From: Candidatus Micrarchaeia archaeon
GTDB lineage: Archaea > Micrarchaeota > Micrarchaeia > CAILAH01
DNA length: 64,000 bases
Assembly: GCA_038874595.1 (NCBI GenBank)
Contig: JAVZCB010000003.1
Span: forward strand, 59,332-123,331
Direction: 5' to 3'
Shown: in pieces, positions 21,291-30,521 of the stretch
Numbering within the stretch: the first letter of the stretch is position 1
Layout of the letters: every line of letters begins with the position of its first letter
Program-made: the position numbers and the translations under genes
The notes under the pieces: generated by a model
What the model was told of the DNA's origin: nothing
The model's input: the letters and a program-made list of their open reading frames with translations, nothing else
Databases searched by the model: none

Positions 21291-21301
21291 AATAGATATT
21301 C

Positions 21302-21332
21302 GCCAAATGCACTTCAACCTCATTTCCATCCT
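21302..21332 (-). other. 5' strand of the 23S pre-rRNA processing stem (BHB)
   Basis: Complementary to 18349-18379 with two 3-nt bulges around a 4-bp helix. Confidence 0.85.
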
Positions 21333-21373
21333 CCCATTCGGGAAGATGTGAGCACTCAACGAAGGAAACTCAC

Positions 21374-21486
21374 TGTGTCGCTTTTTAGGCAGTTGTGTGT
21401 GAAGCACACAATTTGCAACCGAAGGTTGCAACTCCCAAAAAAGCGTAGTTTTTGGTGTCGCTTTTTAGGCATCCCAAAAAAGCGAC
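21374..21486 (-). repeat. Duplicated hairpin unit in the spacer; second copy carries a 41-nt insertion
   Basis: CGCTTTTTTGGGA/TGCCTAAAAAGCGACAC occurs twice; the downstream copy is interrupted at 21392-21432. Confidence 0.85.
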
Positions 21487-21487
21487 T

Positions 21488-21630
21488 TGCAAAGCGGGCG
21501 CTCTACCGGACTGAGCTATGAGCCCTTGAGCACGTCACGTTTCTCGATACCGTGACCTGCAGGATGGACTCAGCGAGATGCCCAGCACTTTTTTCCTAAA
21601 AAAGTGCTTTTGAACTCGCGGCCTCCCGCT
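21488..21630 (-). tRNA. tRNA-Ala(UGC), circularly permuted: 3' half 21630-21565 (with 30-nt 59/60 intron 21608-21579), 39-nt linker, 5' half 21525-21488
   Basis: 5' half GGGCTCATAGCTCAGTCCGGTAGAGCGCCCGCTTTGCA; 3' half AGCGGGAGGCCGCGAGTTCAAA[intron]TCTCGCTGAGTCCA. Together they give a full cloverleaf with G3:U70 and A73. Confidence 0.92.
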
Positions 21631-21896
21631 TTTTTGGTGTTTCCTTCTCGTGCCTGTACAGGCTTCAAGAGATTTAGCTTGAGCAAAAAGGCAATACTAC
21701 AAACTCTGACCTTGCAACCTTAGAAGATCTCAAATATGCTTACAACCTAACACGTATATTCTTGTTAGGAGGTGATCTATCCGCAGGTTCCCCTACGGAT
21801 ACCTTGTTACGACTTAGCCCCCCTCATGAAACTCTAGTTCGATAACGGCAAGAACCGCTACCTCACTAGAACCTCACTTGGGTGACTTGACGGGCA

Positions 21897-21934
<38 letters not shown>

Positions 21935-21952
21935 CTGACATGCGATTACTAG

Positions 21953-21993
<41 letters not shown>

Positions 21994-22178
21994 CACTGGG
22001 ATGGGGTTTCAGGGATTAGCTCACCCTTTCGGGTTTGCAACCCGTTGTTCCCACCATTGTAGGCCACGTGTAGCCCGGGAAATTCGGGGCATACTGACCT
22101 ACCGTCGCTCACTCCTTCCTCCTGCTTAACGCAGGCAGTCCCCTTAGAGTGCTTCCTGGACGAATCCAAGAATCGCAA

Positions 22179-22673
22179 CTAAGGGCGTGGGTCTCGCTCG
22201 TTTCCGGACCACATAGCCTGAGAGTGGGGTTTGATGAAAGTGAGGAATTCTCTGGGAGGGGATGGAATTAAGTATTTGCCTTCTTTGATGAGCCTGAACC
22301 CAAGGCGCTCTATTAGCATCTGCTTATCAGCGCCGACACTGAACATCCTGGGTATTCCGTTCTCATCAATAAATCCTGATGCATCGAACACGCCCGCAAC
22401 AAATGCGGCGCTGTATGCATTCCTGTGTTTGAACCTGAGGTCCATTTCTTTCTCAACCTCTGAGAAGAATTTTTTGTACCCTGAGTGGTAGAAATATGCC
22501 TTCTTCCCGCTCAGCAGTATCTTGCTTGCGGGCATAAGCCCTGCATTTATAACTGCGCTTATGAAATGCTCACGCACGTGCGGAAGCCCCCGCACGCCGA
22601 TTCCTACCCATGATTTTCGTGTAGACCACATACCTATTATATATGCAAGTTCTGGCGTTAGCTTTATTTTCAT
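22179..22673 (-). CDS. LAGLIDADG-family homing endonuclease-like protein, intron encoded
   Basis: ELAYIIGMW (degenerate first motif) and AAFVAGVFDASG (second motif). Confidence 0.8.
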   Translation of the reverse strand: MKIKLTPELAYIIGMWSTRKSWVGIGVRGLPHVREHFISAVINAGLMPASKILLSGKKAYFYHSGYKKFFSEVEKEMDLRFKHRNAYSAAFVAGVFDASGFIDENGIPRMFSVGADKQMLIERLGFRLIKEGKYLIPSPPREFLTFIKPHSQAMWSGNERDPRP

Positions 22674-22712
22674 AATTTCCCCCCATCAAACCTTATCTCA
22701 AACTCTGTGATT
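22202..22712 (-). mobile_element. Archaeal BHB-type 16S rRNA intron (511 nt) carrying a LAGLIDADG ORF
   Basis: Interrupts GTTAAGTCCGG..AACGAGCG; terminal stem ATCACA/TGTGGT, bulge GAA, helix CCGG/CCGG, bulge AAA; exact register is ambiguous because GTCCGG is at both ends. Confidence 0.88.
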
Positions 22713-22866
22713 TCCCGGACTTAACCGGACAGTTCACACCACGAGCTGACGATGGCCATGCACCACCTCTCGGCTTGTCAAGCAAGGTCTTTAGCCTGGC
22801 TCTCATTCTGCCGTCGTTCCCGGTAAGATTCCCGGCGTTGAATCCAATTGAACCGCAGCCTCCACG

Positions 22867-22901
<35 letters not shown>

Positions 22902-23001
22902 TAGCCTTGCGGCCGTACTCCCCAGGTGGCAGACTTAACACCTACGCTACGGCACGGCAGCCGCTCAAAGCTGCTGCCACACCAAGTCTGCATCATTTAC
23001 A

Positions 23002-23043
<42 letters not shown>

Positions 23044-23115
23044 CTTCGTTCCTCACCGTCGGACGTGTTTTGGTCAGGCGCCTTCGCCACTGCTGGTCCG
23101 CCCAGGATTAACGGA

Positions 23116-23158
23116 TTGTAATCCCGTGGATTGCAAATTGTTGATGCAATCAACAGGT
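23116..23158 (-). other. 43-nt mini-intron in the 16S 690 loop (about E. coli 696/697)
   Basis: Removal restores GTAGGGGTAAAATCCGTTAATCC; BHB-like with helix GTAA/TTAC and bulges AAA and AAT. Confidence 0.75.
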
Positions 23159-23428
23159 TTTTACCCCTACCCCGGGCGTACCCCTGACCTCCCCCACTCC
23201 CAAGCCTAGCAGTATTACTGGCCCGCCCTTCGGTTAAGCCGAAGGATTTCACCAGCAACTTACAAGGCCGGCTACGAACGCTTTAGACCCAATATGCGTG
23301 GGTACCACTAGTAGTGCCGGTATTACCGCGGCGGCTGGCACCGGTCTTACCCACTCCTTATTCGCCTAGTTTTTTAGACTAAGCAAAAGGTCTCCCGAAG
23401 GAGACCACTCGGAGTTCCCCCATCACAC

Positions 23429-23476
23429 TTTTGCACCTTGCAAAGCAAGTGCAAATTGCAAAGCTCGCTTTGCATG
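23429..23476 (-). other. About 48-nt insertion in the 16S helix 15 loop (about E. coli 382)
   Basis: Removal restores CAATGCACGAAAGTGTGA; two hairpins; BHB fit imperfect. Confidence 0.7.
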
Positions 23477-24133
23477 TTCGTGCATTGTGGAGTTTTCGCG
23501 CCTGCTGCATCCCGTAGGACTAGGGCCCTTGTCTCAGTGCCCTTCTGGGGGCTCCCACTTACATGGCCCCTAAGGATTATAGGTTTGGTGGGCCGTTACC
23601 CCGCCAACAGCCTAATCCTCCGCAACCTCATCCTAAAGCGGACACACTCCAATTCGTGTGCCTTTTGAGCGAGAGGGCATTCCAGCGTCTCTCACCTATA
23701 GGGTATTATCCTCAGTTTCCCGAGGTTACCCCCTTCTTTAGGGCAGATTGATTACGTGTTACTCAGCCGTTTGCCACTCGTCCAGGTGAACGGGTAGACT
23801 TGCATGGCTTAGTCGAACTCCGATAGCAGTACCCTCCAGCAGGATCAACTGGAGTTGCTAAGGTCTTGGCATTCGCACCAGTGTTGGTGCATCTAGGTCA
23901 TACCACTTTGCGTGTAGTATCTTACCGTACATATGTGCCTTTCAGCACAGTGCACGTTTGCCTATTGCTCTTTAAGCCTCTCTTGAAGCCTCTATCTAAC
24001 CCGACACATCTTCGGATTATCATCAAGTCGCCGCATGTGCGGCCTATGCGCCACAATGGAAGCAGGCCTCATAGAAAGAGTATCACATCTCGGCCTAGCC
24101 GGGTTATGGCATCTCAACTTTAAGAAGTCTAGG

Positions 24134-24147
24134 TTTATAAGCTTTTC
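24134..24147 (-). promoter_or_regulatory. Probable rRNA operon promoter (BRE-TATA)
   Basis: GAAAAGC-TTATAAA on the minus strand about 280 nt upstream of the 16S. Confidence 0.5.
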
Positions 24148-24235
24148 TACCCGCGTTCTGAAACTTTAAAAACAAAATTGTAGCTTGCGAAAAAATGGCC
24201 TGCACGCAAGCAAAATATTTATAAGTGTGAAATAA

Positions 24236-25396
24236 TTGAATGCACCCATGCGCGTAACATTGATAGATCAAAACGGCAATGTATTTCCAACATACCTTCG
24301 TAAGAATCTGAAGGTTGAGGTGGTAAAGAACCGTGATGGGTTTGTGCGTCTTAAGATGAAGCACGATTCGCTTAAATCTTCTGGCGGTTCACTGAACCTG
24401 CTTGAAAAGCGCTATCTTGCACATATAGGCCCTAATACAAAGCAAATCAAAATTACTGCTGATGTGCTAAGAGCAGTCAGGCTGGTTAAGCACATTCGTG
24501 AAAGTTATGATATCGAGAAGGAAAAGCTCGCAAAATTGTTTGAGTACATATCAAATGCAATCATGCTCTTAGAAAGGCACAATAAAAAATCAAAGCAGTG
24601 CGAAGAGGATTTATCTCTTGCAGAATCTTTTGTTGTAGGGACAATCTGCGGAATGAATCAGGCGCGCTCCTTTTATAAGGTGCTCTCGAAGGCAAAGCTT
24701 GAGAAAGCTGTTTATTATATAAAGAGTGCGCAGATTGCAGAAAATGATTTTGAAATGAATATGCACCTCAAACCCGCATCTTCTATATTATATGCTGCAA
24801 AGAGGCGCTTGGAGATGCGCCTGGATAGTATTGGCAATATAAAGAACTATAATTTGCAGCGTGAGATGCTGCTGCGGGGCATGCGTGATATGTATATACA
24901 CCGCAAGATGTTATCCCTTGCACAATGGCTAACTAATAACCCTGGAACAGTGGTTGATGCGTACCTCTCTGATATAAACATATACAATAGGCTGCTCAAG
25001 CTGCAGGAGAGATGCATGGATAATTATATACGAGAGGGGGATAGGTTTGCAAAGTTCCAAAGTGATTTGGAAGCGCTTGGCAGCTCTCTAAAGCAAATAA
25101 AGGGCAAGGAGAAATTGGTTGACCTTTTGAGAGAGGCGTACGTATGGGGTGTTAAGCGCTTTATGTTTGATATGGCATACCAAATGTTTGACACAGCGGT
25201 TGTTTATGTTGGTGTGAACAAGCCATTCTATATCTGGTCGCAGCTCGAAAAGACAAATGATCCATATACCTCTCCAGTCATATCAAAGCTGCAGGAAGTT
25301 GACGAGCATATGCTTAGCAGGAACCCAAAGGCAGCCCTGGAAAAAGTGTATGACACGATTGGTTTTTATGAGAAGCTGTTCAAAGGTGCGGTGTAG
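24236..25396 (+). CDS. Hypothetical, largely alpha-helical protein
   Basis: 386-aa ORF with TTTATAA about 20 nt upstream; no motif recognised. Confidence 0.7.
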   Translation: MNAPMRVTLIDQNGNVFPTYLRKNLKVEVVKNRDGFVRLKMKHDSLKSSGGSLNLLEKRYLAHIGPNTKQIKITADVLRAVRLVKHIRESYDIEKEKLAKLFEYISNAIMLLERHNKKSKQCEEDLSLAESFVVGTICGMNQARSFYKVLSKAKLEKAVYYIKSAQIAENDFEMNMHLKPASSILYAAKRRLEMRLDSIGNIKNYNLQREMLLRGMRDMYIHRKMLSLAQWLTNNPGTVVDAYLSDINIYNRLLKLQERCMDNYIREGDRFAKFQSDLEALGSSLKQIKGKEKLVDLLREAYVWGVKRFMFDMAYQMFDTAVVYVGVNKPFYIWSQLEKTNDPYTSPVISKLQEVDEHMLSRNPKAALEKVYDTIGFYEKLFKGAV

Positions 25397-25467
25397 GAGA
25401 ATAGAAAAATATATAAACCCAAAATAAAGCAAAAGTAATTACAGATTTAATCATAGGTGTGTAAACG

Positions 25468-26679
25468 ATGAGCACAATTAAGAAAAGACCTGGATATTCG
25501 CTTATGCGCGAAACCCAAAATGAAGAAAAAGGGCGCGAGCTTGCAAAGATGATGAAAACTAATCCAAAGGCGATGCGCTATTTTATGAAGAGGAACCCTT
25601 TTGTAAGGGTTGGCGAGATAGGCGAGATGGTCATCTCGACAGAATCGCACTCAAGAAAGGAATGGCTGCGCTCTGCGTTTTACAATCTTGCAGAGCCCTA
25701 CCTGAAAGATGACAAGATGCGCGATGTTAACATTGAGGGTGCAGTTAAGGGTACGCTTGAGGCGGCAAAGAAAGAAATTATGTCAAAGCCTGTAAAGACT
25801 GAAGATGATTTGAATTGTTTAAAGGTTATTGATGAGATGCTCAAAAAGGATAATGAAATTGACTCATCAAAAATTCTAAAGGACAAGGAAAAATGGTGGA
25901 GGCGCATATTGCGTTTCTTAACAGCAGCAGCTCTAGGTGCTGCGCTTATGCTTCCGTTTATGTCGCGTGAAGGTGATATCGAGCCAAAGGTTGTTGAGAA
26001 GAGGATTGAGGACCCAGAAACAAAGAAATCCCTTGAGGAGTGCCTTGCAGCACTTAACAATAATAAGTGCCCGCCATCCAAGGTTGTTTACAAGAAAGTT
26101 TCTGGAAACATTGATTTGGATAATGTATGCAGTGGCAGGACCGGCCCGCTTGCACAATCACTTCTGACTTGCGAGAATGAGCTTTCGAAACTTAAGGATG
26201 AGCTTGCAAGGATATCCGCACTTAAGGGTGACAATGAGAAATATGCCCAACTTAAAGTAGAGCTTATGGCGAAAGTTGACAGGATATTCAATGGTATTGG
26301 TTTGGAAACTGAGAATGAGTTATACCGGAAGCAGATACGGCCATGGTTCAAGAGCGGTATTGACAAAGATGACCCTGTAATGATAGCACTTGTGATTGAG
26401 ATGGGCGGTGAGCTGCTTGTCCAGAAAATTACTGATAAAAAGGTTGTGGAAATCTCCGAACCAAAGAGCCAGAAAGAATTTTCTGATGTTTTTGAGGAAG
26501 GAAACCTTGCCTATCTTTATGGCATAGCGTTTGATAAAAATAGTGGTAACCGCAGAGACGGGATGAAAAAGGCTGCATGGGAGTATTACAAGGTGAAATA
26601 TAAATTGTTCCAGAATGTCCTTAATAAGTTTAAGAATTCTGATGAAGAAAATTCTGATGAAGATGTGCTAGATAGATAA
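25468..26679 (+). CDS. Hypothetical membrane-anchored coiled-coil protein
   Basis: Single hydrophobic segment after WWRR, followed by a Cys-containing coiled region. Confidence 0.7.
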   Translation: MSTIKKRPGYSLMRETQNEEKGRELAKMMKTNPKAMRYFMKRNPFVRVGEIGEMVISTESHSRKEWLRSAFYNLAEPYLKDDKMRDVNIEGAVKGTLEAAKKEIMSKPVKTEDDLNCLKVIDEMLKKDNEIDSSKILKDKEKWWRRILRFLTAAALGAALMLPFMSREGDIEPKVVEKRIEDPETKKSLEECLAALNNNKCPPSKVVYKKVSGNIDLDNVCSGRTGPLAQSLLTCENELSKLKDELARISALKGDNEKYAQLKVELMAKVDRIFNGIGLETENELYRKQIRPWFKSGIDKDDPVMIALVIEMGGELLVQKITDKKVVEISEPKSQKEFSDVFEEGNLAYLYGIAFDKNSGNRRDGMKKAAWEYYKVKYKLFQNVLNKFKNSDEENSDEDVLDR

Positions 26680-26742
26680 ACGTGTTTTTTAATTATTTAC
26701 TTCCTTTCTTATATTTGTATTGCCTTTGCACAGGTCGGGATA

Positions 26743-27888
26743 ATGCGCATTGCCTATTACACCGAAACATACGTACCAAATGTTGACGGTGTTGTGAAAA
26801 GCATACTTGCATCACGTGAGCAGCTCACAAAGATGGGTGATGATGTATACGTATTTACATGTGGTACCCAACAGCTTATCCAGTCTAACACAGACCCGTT
26901 TGTGTTTTATTATGATTCAATACCATTCAAGCCTTACCCATCCTATCGTTTTGCCATAAATCCCTATCCATCATCATCAATAATCGATTCAAAGAAGATT
27001 GAGCTTGTGCATTCTCATGGTATGGGAACAATGGGGATTGCTGCTGAGCGTATTGCGCGCAAGCGCAAGCTCCCATTTATTGGTTCTTTTCATACACTCA
27101 TTCAATATGCTACGCATTACATCTCAACATCTTCAGCAATACAGGACATTGCAAAGAAGATTGCCTGGAAGTATCTCCGTTGGTACTATAACAAATGTGA
27201 TGTGACAATTGCACCATCTCAAGTAATTACTGATTTATTAACAAAGAATGGGTTTACGAATGTCCGGACAATCCCTAACGGCATTGATATTGACAGGTTT
27301 AGCGTTCGGGAGGCTGAATTTGGGCGTGAGGATTTTGGATTGAAGGAGGATGATAAGGTATTTCTTTTTGTTGGCCGGCTCGTGGTTGAGAAGAACCTGG
27401 ACGTGCTGATTAAGGCCTCAAAGAAAATCTCACGTGAGATACCAGATGCGCGGTTTGTAATTGCAGGTACGGGCCCGGCAGAGCTGTATTACAGGAAGCT
27501 TGTAGATGAGCATAAGGTGTCTGACAAATTCAGTTTTCTTGGGTTTGTGCCTGAGAATAAAATCCCCTCTCTCTACAAAAATTCTGATGTTTTTTTGTTC
27601 CCATCCAAGTTTGAAACGCAAGGCCTGAGTGGCCTTGAGGCAATGGCAAGCGGTCTTCCAGTATGCGGTGCTGACTACCTTGCAATAAGCGAGATAGTCG
27701 TCCCGGGTGTAAATGGGACATTATTTAATCCTGATGATCCAGATGATTGTGCTGAAAATGCAATTGAAGCGCTGCGCAAAAGGAAACAGCTTTCAAATGG
27801 TGCACGTGCAACAGCTGCCAAGTACTCAAACCAGGAGACAGCAATGCAGCTGAGAAAACTTTACGAAGAGCTTCTCAGCCGCAGCTAA
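26743..27888 (+). CDS. Glycosyltransferase family 4
   Basis: ETYVPNVDGV, PNGID, FVGRLVVEKN, FETQGLSGLEAMASG. Confidence 0.92.
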   Translation: MRIAYYTETYVPNVDGVVKSILASREQLTKMGDDVYVFTCGTQQLIQSNTDPFVFYYDSIPFKPYPSYRFAINPYPSSSIIDSKKIELVHSHGMGTMGIAAERIARKRKLPFIGSFHTLIQYATHYISTSSAIQDIAKKIAWKYLRWYYNKCDVTIAPSQVITDLLTKNGFTNVRTIPNGIDIDRFSVREAEFGREDFGLKEDDKVFLFVGRLVVEKNLDVLIKASKKISREIPDARFVIAGTGPAELYYRKLVDEHKVSDKFSFLGFVPENKIPSLYKNSDVFLFPSKFETQGLSGLEAMASGLPVCGADYLAISEIVVPGVNGTLFNPDDPDDCAENAIEALRKRKQLSNGARATAAKYSNQETAMQLRKLYEELLSRS

Positions 27889-27891
27889 AAC

Positions 27892-30504
27892 TTATTTTAA
27901 GAATTCAGCAACCTCTTTTATAGCCATTGTGATTAATTTACCATTAAGCATTGCAATTTTAATGGATGCTCCGTTCGCCCCATAATCGCTTATGCTCTCA
28001 ATAAACTTGTCCTTGTTTTCTTCTGTTGCAAACACAACAATAACTTTTTCCTTACCGCCGATTGCCTGCATTATACGGTCGACGAGGCGTGCGCCTTCAC
28101 CAACGACAACCTTGAAGTTTCCACGCTTGCTTTTTATGTAGACATCACAATCTTTCCTTTCATTAAGGTGCGTGAAAGGTATTGCATTGTTAATAAGAAT
28201 ATCCCTTATTCTTCTGAATACTGAGAGGTACTTGTAGTCAAACCCGCTTGCCTGCTCCCATCTTGAAACAGTATATAAATCAAGATATTCCTTAACAAGC
28301 CCTTCAAACTTAAGCTTGTCAAGTATTATCTGCATATTATAATCTCCTATAAGTATTGGTCTGCCCAGGTATGAAATTTTCCTAAACCCTAACTTAAGCT
28401 CCTTGAGCATTAATGGCATATAATTCCAGCCATAATCCTTGTTTATGCTGTCAAACAGCTCAAGAACCATCTCTTTCTTTATGAATATCTTCTTTTTCTT
28501 TCTTATCTCAAATTCAGGTATATCAATTGCATACCTTACCTTCTCGCGTGCACGGAACATTATGCCTATAAATGCAATACCCCCCGTGAGCATTATTGCA
28601 GCCCAGAACCACCATTGCTCATAATACATCCTGACAATATTTGATACTCCATCGTATTGCAAACCATCAACCAGCTCAAACTTGAACGTATGCAGCTTAC
28701 CCTCTTCAAGAGGCTCATCAACCTTAAAGTATATAACTGGCGTATTGCCGCTTAAACCGGAAGATAACTTTATCTTGTATTTGCCATCTATGACCACGTA
28801 TGTGTTCTCAAGGTTTTTTGTGTATTGTGCAACAGCACTGCCGAGCTCTGGCGACTCAAGCGTGAATACAAACTGTTGTTTTTTCCAATCTATGCTTACC
28901 GGTACAACATCTATTTTTGGGACTATAAGCATCGATGACGCAAGCGTTCTTGGTGGTGACGTTGGTGTTTGTAGGAGTAGTATATACTTTCCAGGTCTAA
29001 GCTGCGGATCATACTGTGCTCTCTGCGTGTATTTTATTGGGAGAATATACTGTGTCCCAAACAACGCCTCACTTTCAATCTCATTGCTCGAATTGATTAC
29101 GCGTATCCACACAGGTGTAGGCTGCCTGAAATCATTCGAGCTTTCATCAAAGAATGCTTCTATATCAAGTTTTGAGCCGCTTAATTTCTGTGGTATGGTG
29201 TACAGGTTGTTTGCAGCAGTGCCCTTCTGCACGCGGTCAACGCGCAGGTATTTTGTTTGTGCATCCACAATGTTATTGTTTTGGTCATATGCGCGTGCAA
29301 ATATGCGCACGTATGCCCGGCTGAATACTGCCTCTTTTCCAAGCGTGTAAAGCGTATCATATGCAGCCTGGCCCTCGCTTGGTATAACATAATCTGCCGG
29401 GCTGGTGCCTATGAATTTGCCATATTCTTTGAGCCAGAGGCTATCCATTATGATCTTAGATATATCCTTGCCGGCCTCTTTTCCACTTTTCCAACCACTA
29501 TCGAGCGTGTTTGGAACAATAATAAGATAGCCCGGCCCGCCCCAGTTAATTACAGATATGCCCCCATATATCAGCTTTACCTGGGTTTTTTGTGGGTCCT
29601 TGGAAGTTACAGAATAACGTGCAATATCAAGATATCCCAATCCGGAAAGCGATGGTGCAGTGCTTGATATATCAAACCCAAGGTTTGATGCAACCTGGGA
29701 TACAGAGTAATCATTGCCTGGGAAAAGCCTCCCTCTACGCTCATCCATTATGCCCTGGTTGAACCCGTACCCTATATATAGTATAGTTACACCCTTTTGT
29801 GCAAGCTCTCTTAGGCTCTTCCCTTCATTACTTGTCAGTGCGAGCGAAGATGGGATATAACCCGTTGGTACTATAACGAGTGGGTTAGTGCCATTTGGAA
29901 GCGATTCCAGCTCATCAAGGTAGATTTCATTAACTACAATGCCATACCCGCCAAGCTCAGTACCAAGTGATTTCTTAAATTCATCATAGTATGTCGCTTG
30001 CTCTCGCCGGGAGTTTAATATATACACCTGGCTTGGCAGCGGGCCGTCCGCAGCATCCATGAATAACTCAACCTCTTTGACCCCACTCCCTTTGACTTCC
30101 ACAATAGCATATGGTGTCATCTTGCTATGCTCCTTAATGTTTGCGATACCGTAATCCTTAACCTCAAGCGTTATGTACGGGCTGACAGATTTCTCAGGCA
30201 ACCGTGCTTCAATCCCAGCACCCTGAATAGTGAACAAGATATATCCTATAAGCAGGCCCAGCATTATTATGAATATGCCGATGTACATAAACACCTGCCG
30301 CAAAGCACCCCTTACAGCAGGCTTGTTCTTTTGAAGTGTCTGCACGCTTTTTGCATCTTGCTTTTGTGCTTTTGTTTTCAATGTCGCTAACACAATATTT
30401 ATTGCATCGCCAATACCGAGCGATTTCTTTTTTGCAGGTGTAAACTTCTTGACATATTTTACTTCCTTTCGCAACAGGAACCTGTATTTTCGGCCTTCAG
30501 CCAT
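27892..30504 (-). CDS. Large two-TM membrane protein with big extracellular domain (T4SS-like operon)
   Basis: TM near aa 72-92 and aa 632-650, beta-rich middle, cytoplasmic C-terminal domain. Confidence 0.75.
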   Translation of the reverse strand: MAEGRKYRFLLRKEVKYVKKFTPAKKKSLGIGDAINIVLATLKTKAQKQDAKSVQTLQKNKPAVRGALRQVFMYIGIFIIMLGLLIGYILFTIQGAGIEARLPEKSVSPYITLEVKDYGIANIKEHSKMTPYAIVEVKGSGVKEVELFMDAADGPLPSQVYILNSRREQATYYDEFKKSLGTELGGYGIVVNEIYLDELESLPNGTNPLVIVPTGYIPSSLALTSNEGKSLRELAQKGVTILYIGYGFNQGIMDERRGRLFPGNDYSVSQVASNLGFDISSTAPSLSGLGYLDIARYSVTSKDPQKTQVKLIYGGISVINWGGPGYLIIVPNTLDSGWKSGKEAGKDISKIIMDSLWLKEYGKFIGTSPADYVIPSEGQAAYDTLYTLGKEAVFSRAYVRIFARAYDQNNNIVDAQTKYLRVDRVQKGTAANNLYTIPQKLSGSKLDIEAFFDESSNDFRQPTPVWIRVINSSNEIESEALFGTQYILPIKYTQRAQYDPQLRPGKYILLLQTPTSPPRTLASSMLIVPKIDVVPVSIDWKKQQFVFTLESPELGSAVAQYTKNLENTYVVIDGKYKIKLSSGLSGNTPVIYFKVDEPLEEGKLHTFKFELVDGLQYDGVSNIVRMYYEQWWFWAAIMLTGGIAFIGIMFRAREKVRYAIDIPEFEIRKKKKIFIKKEMVLELFDSINKDYGWNYMPLMLKELKLGFRKISYLGRPILIGDYNMQIILDKLKFEGLVKEYLDLYTVSRWEQASGFDYKYLSVFRRIRDILINNAIPFTHLNERKDCDVYIKSKRGNFKVVVGEGARLVDRIMQAIGGKEKVIVVFATEENKDKFIESISDYGANGASIKIAMLNGKLITMAIKEVAEFLK

Positions 30505-30521
30505 ATCTTTCCCTCAGTCAT

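Noticed and set aside
21361-21490. CRISPR-like repeat-spacer pattern in the spacer, and in 18130-18348
   Set aside because: Only two or three imperfect copies, irregular spacing and no cas genes.
21488-21630. tRNA-Ala halves as pseudogene debris or trans-spliced split genes
   Set aside because: All stems and identity elements are intact, and the halves lie 39 nt apart in one transcript with a BHB at the junction. Permutation fits better.
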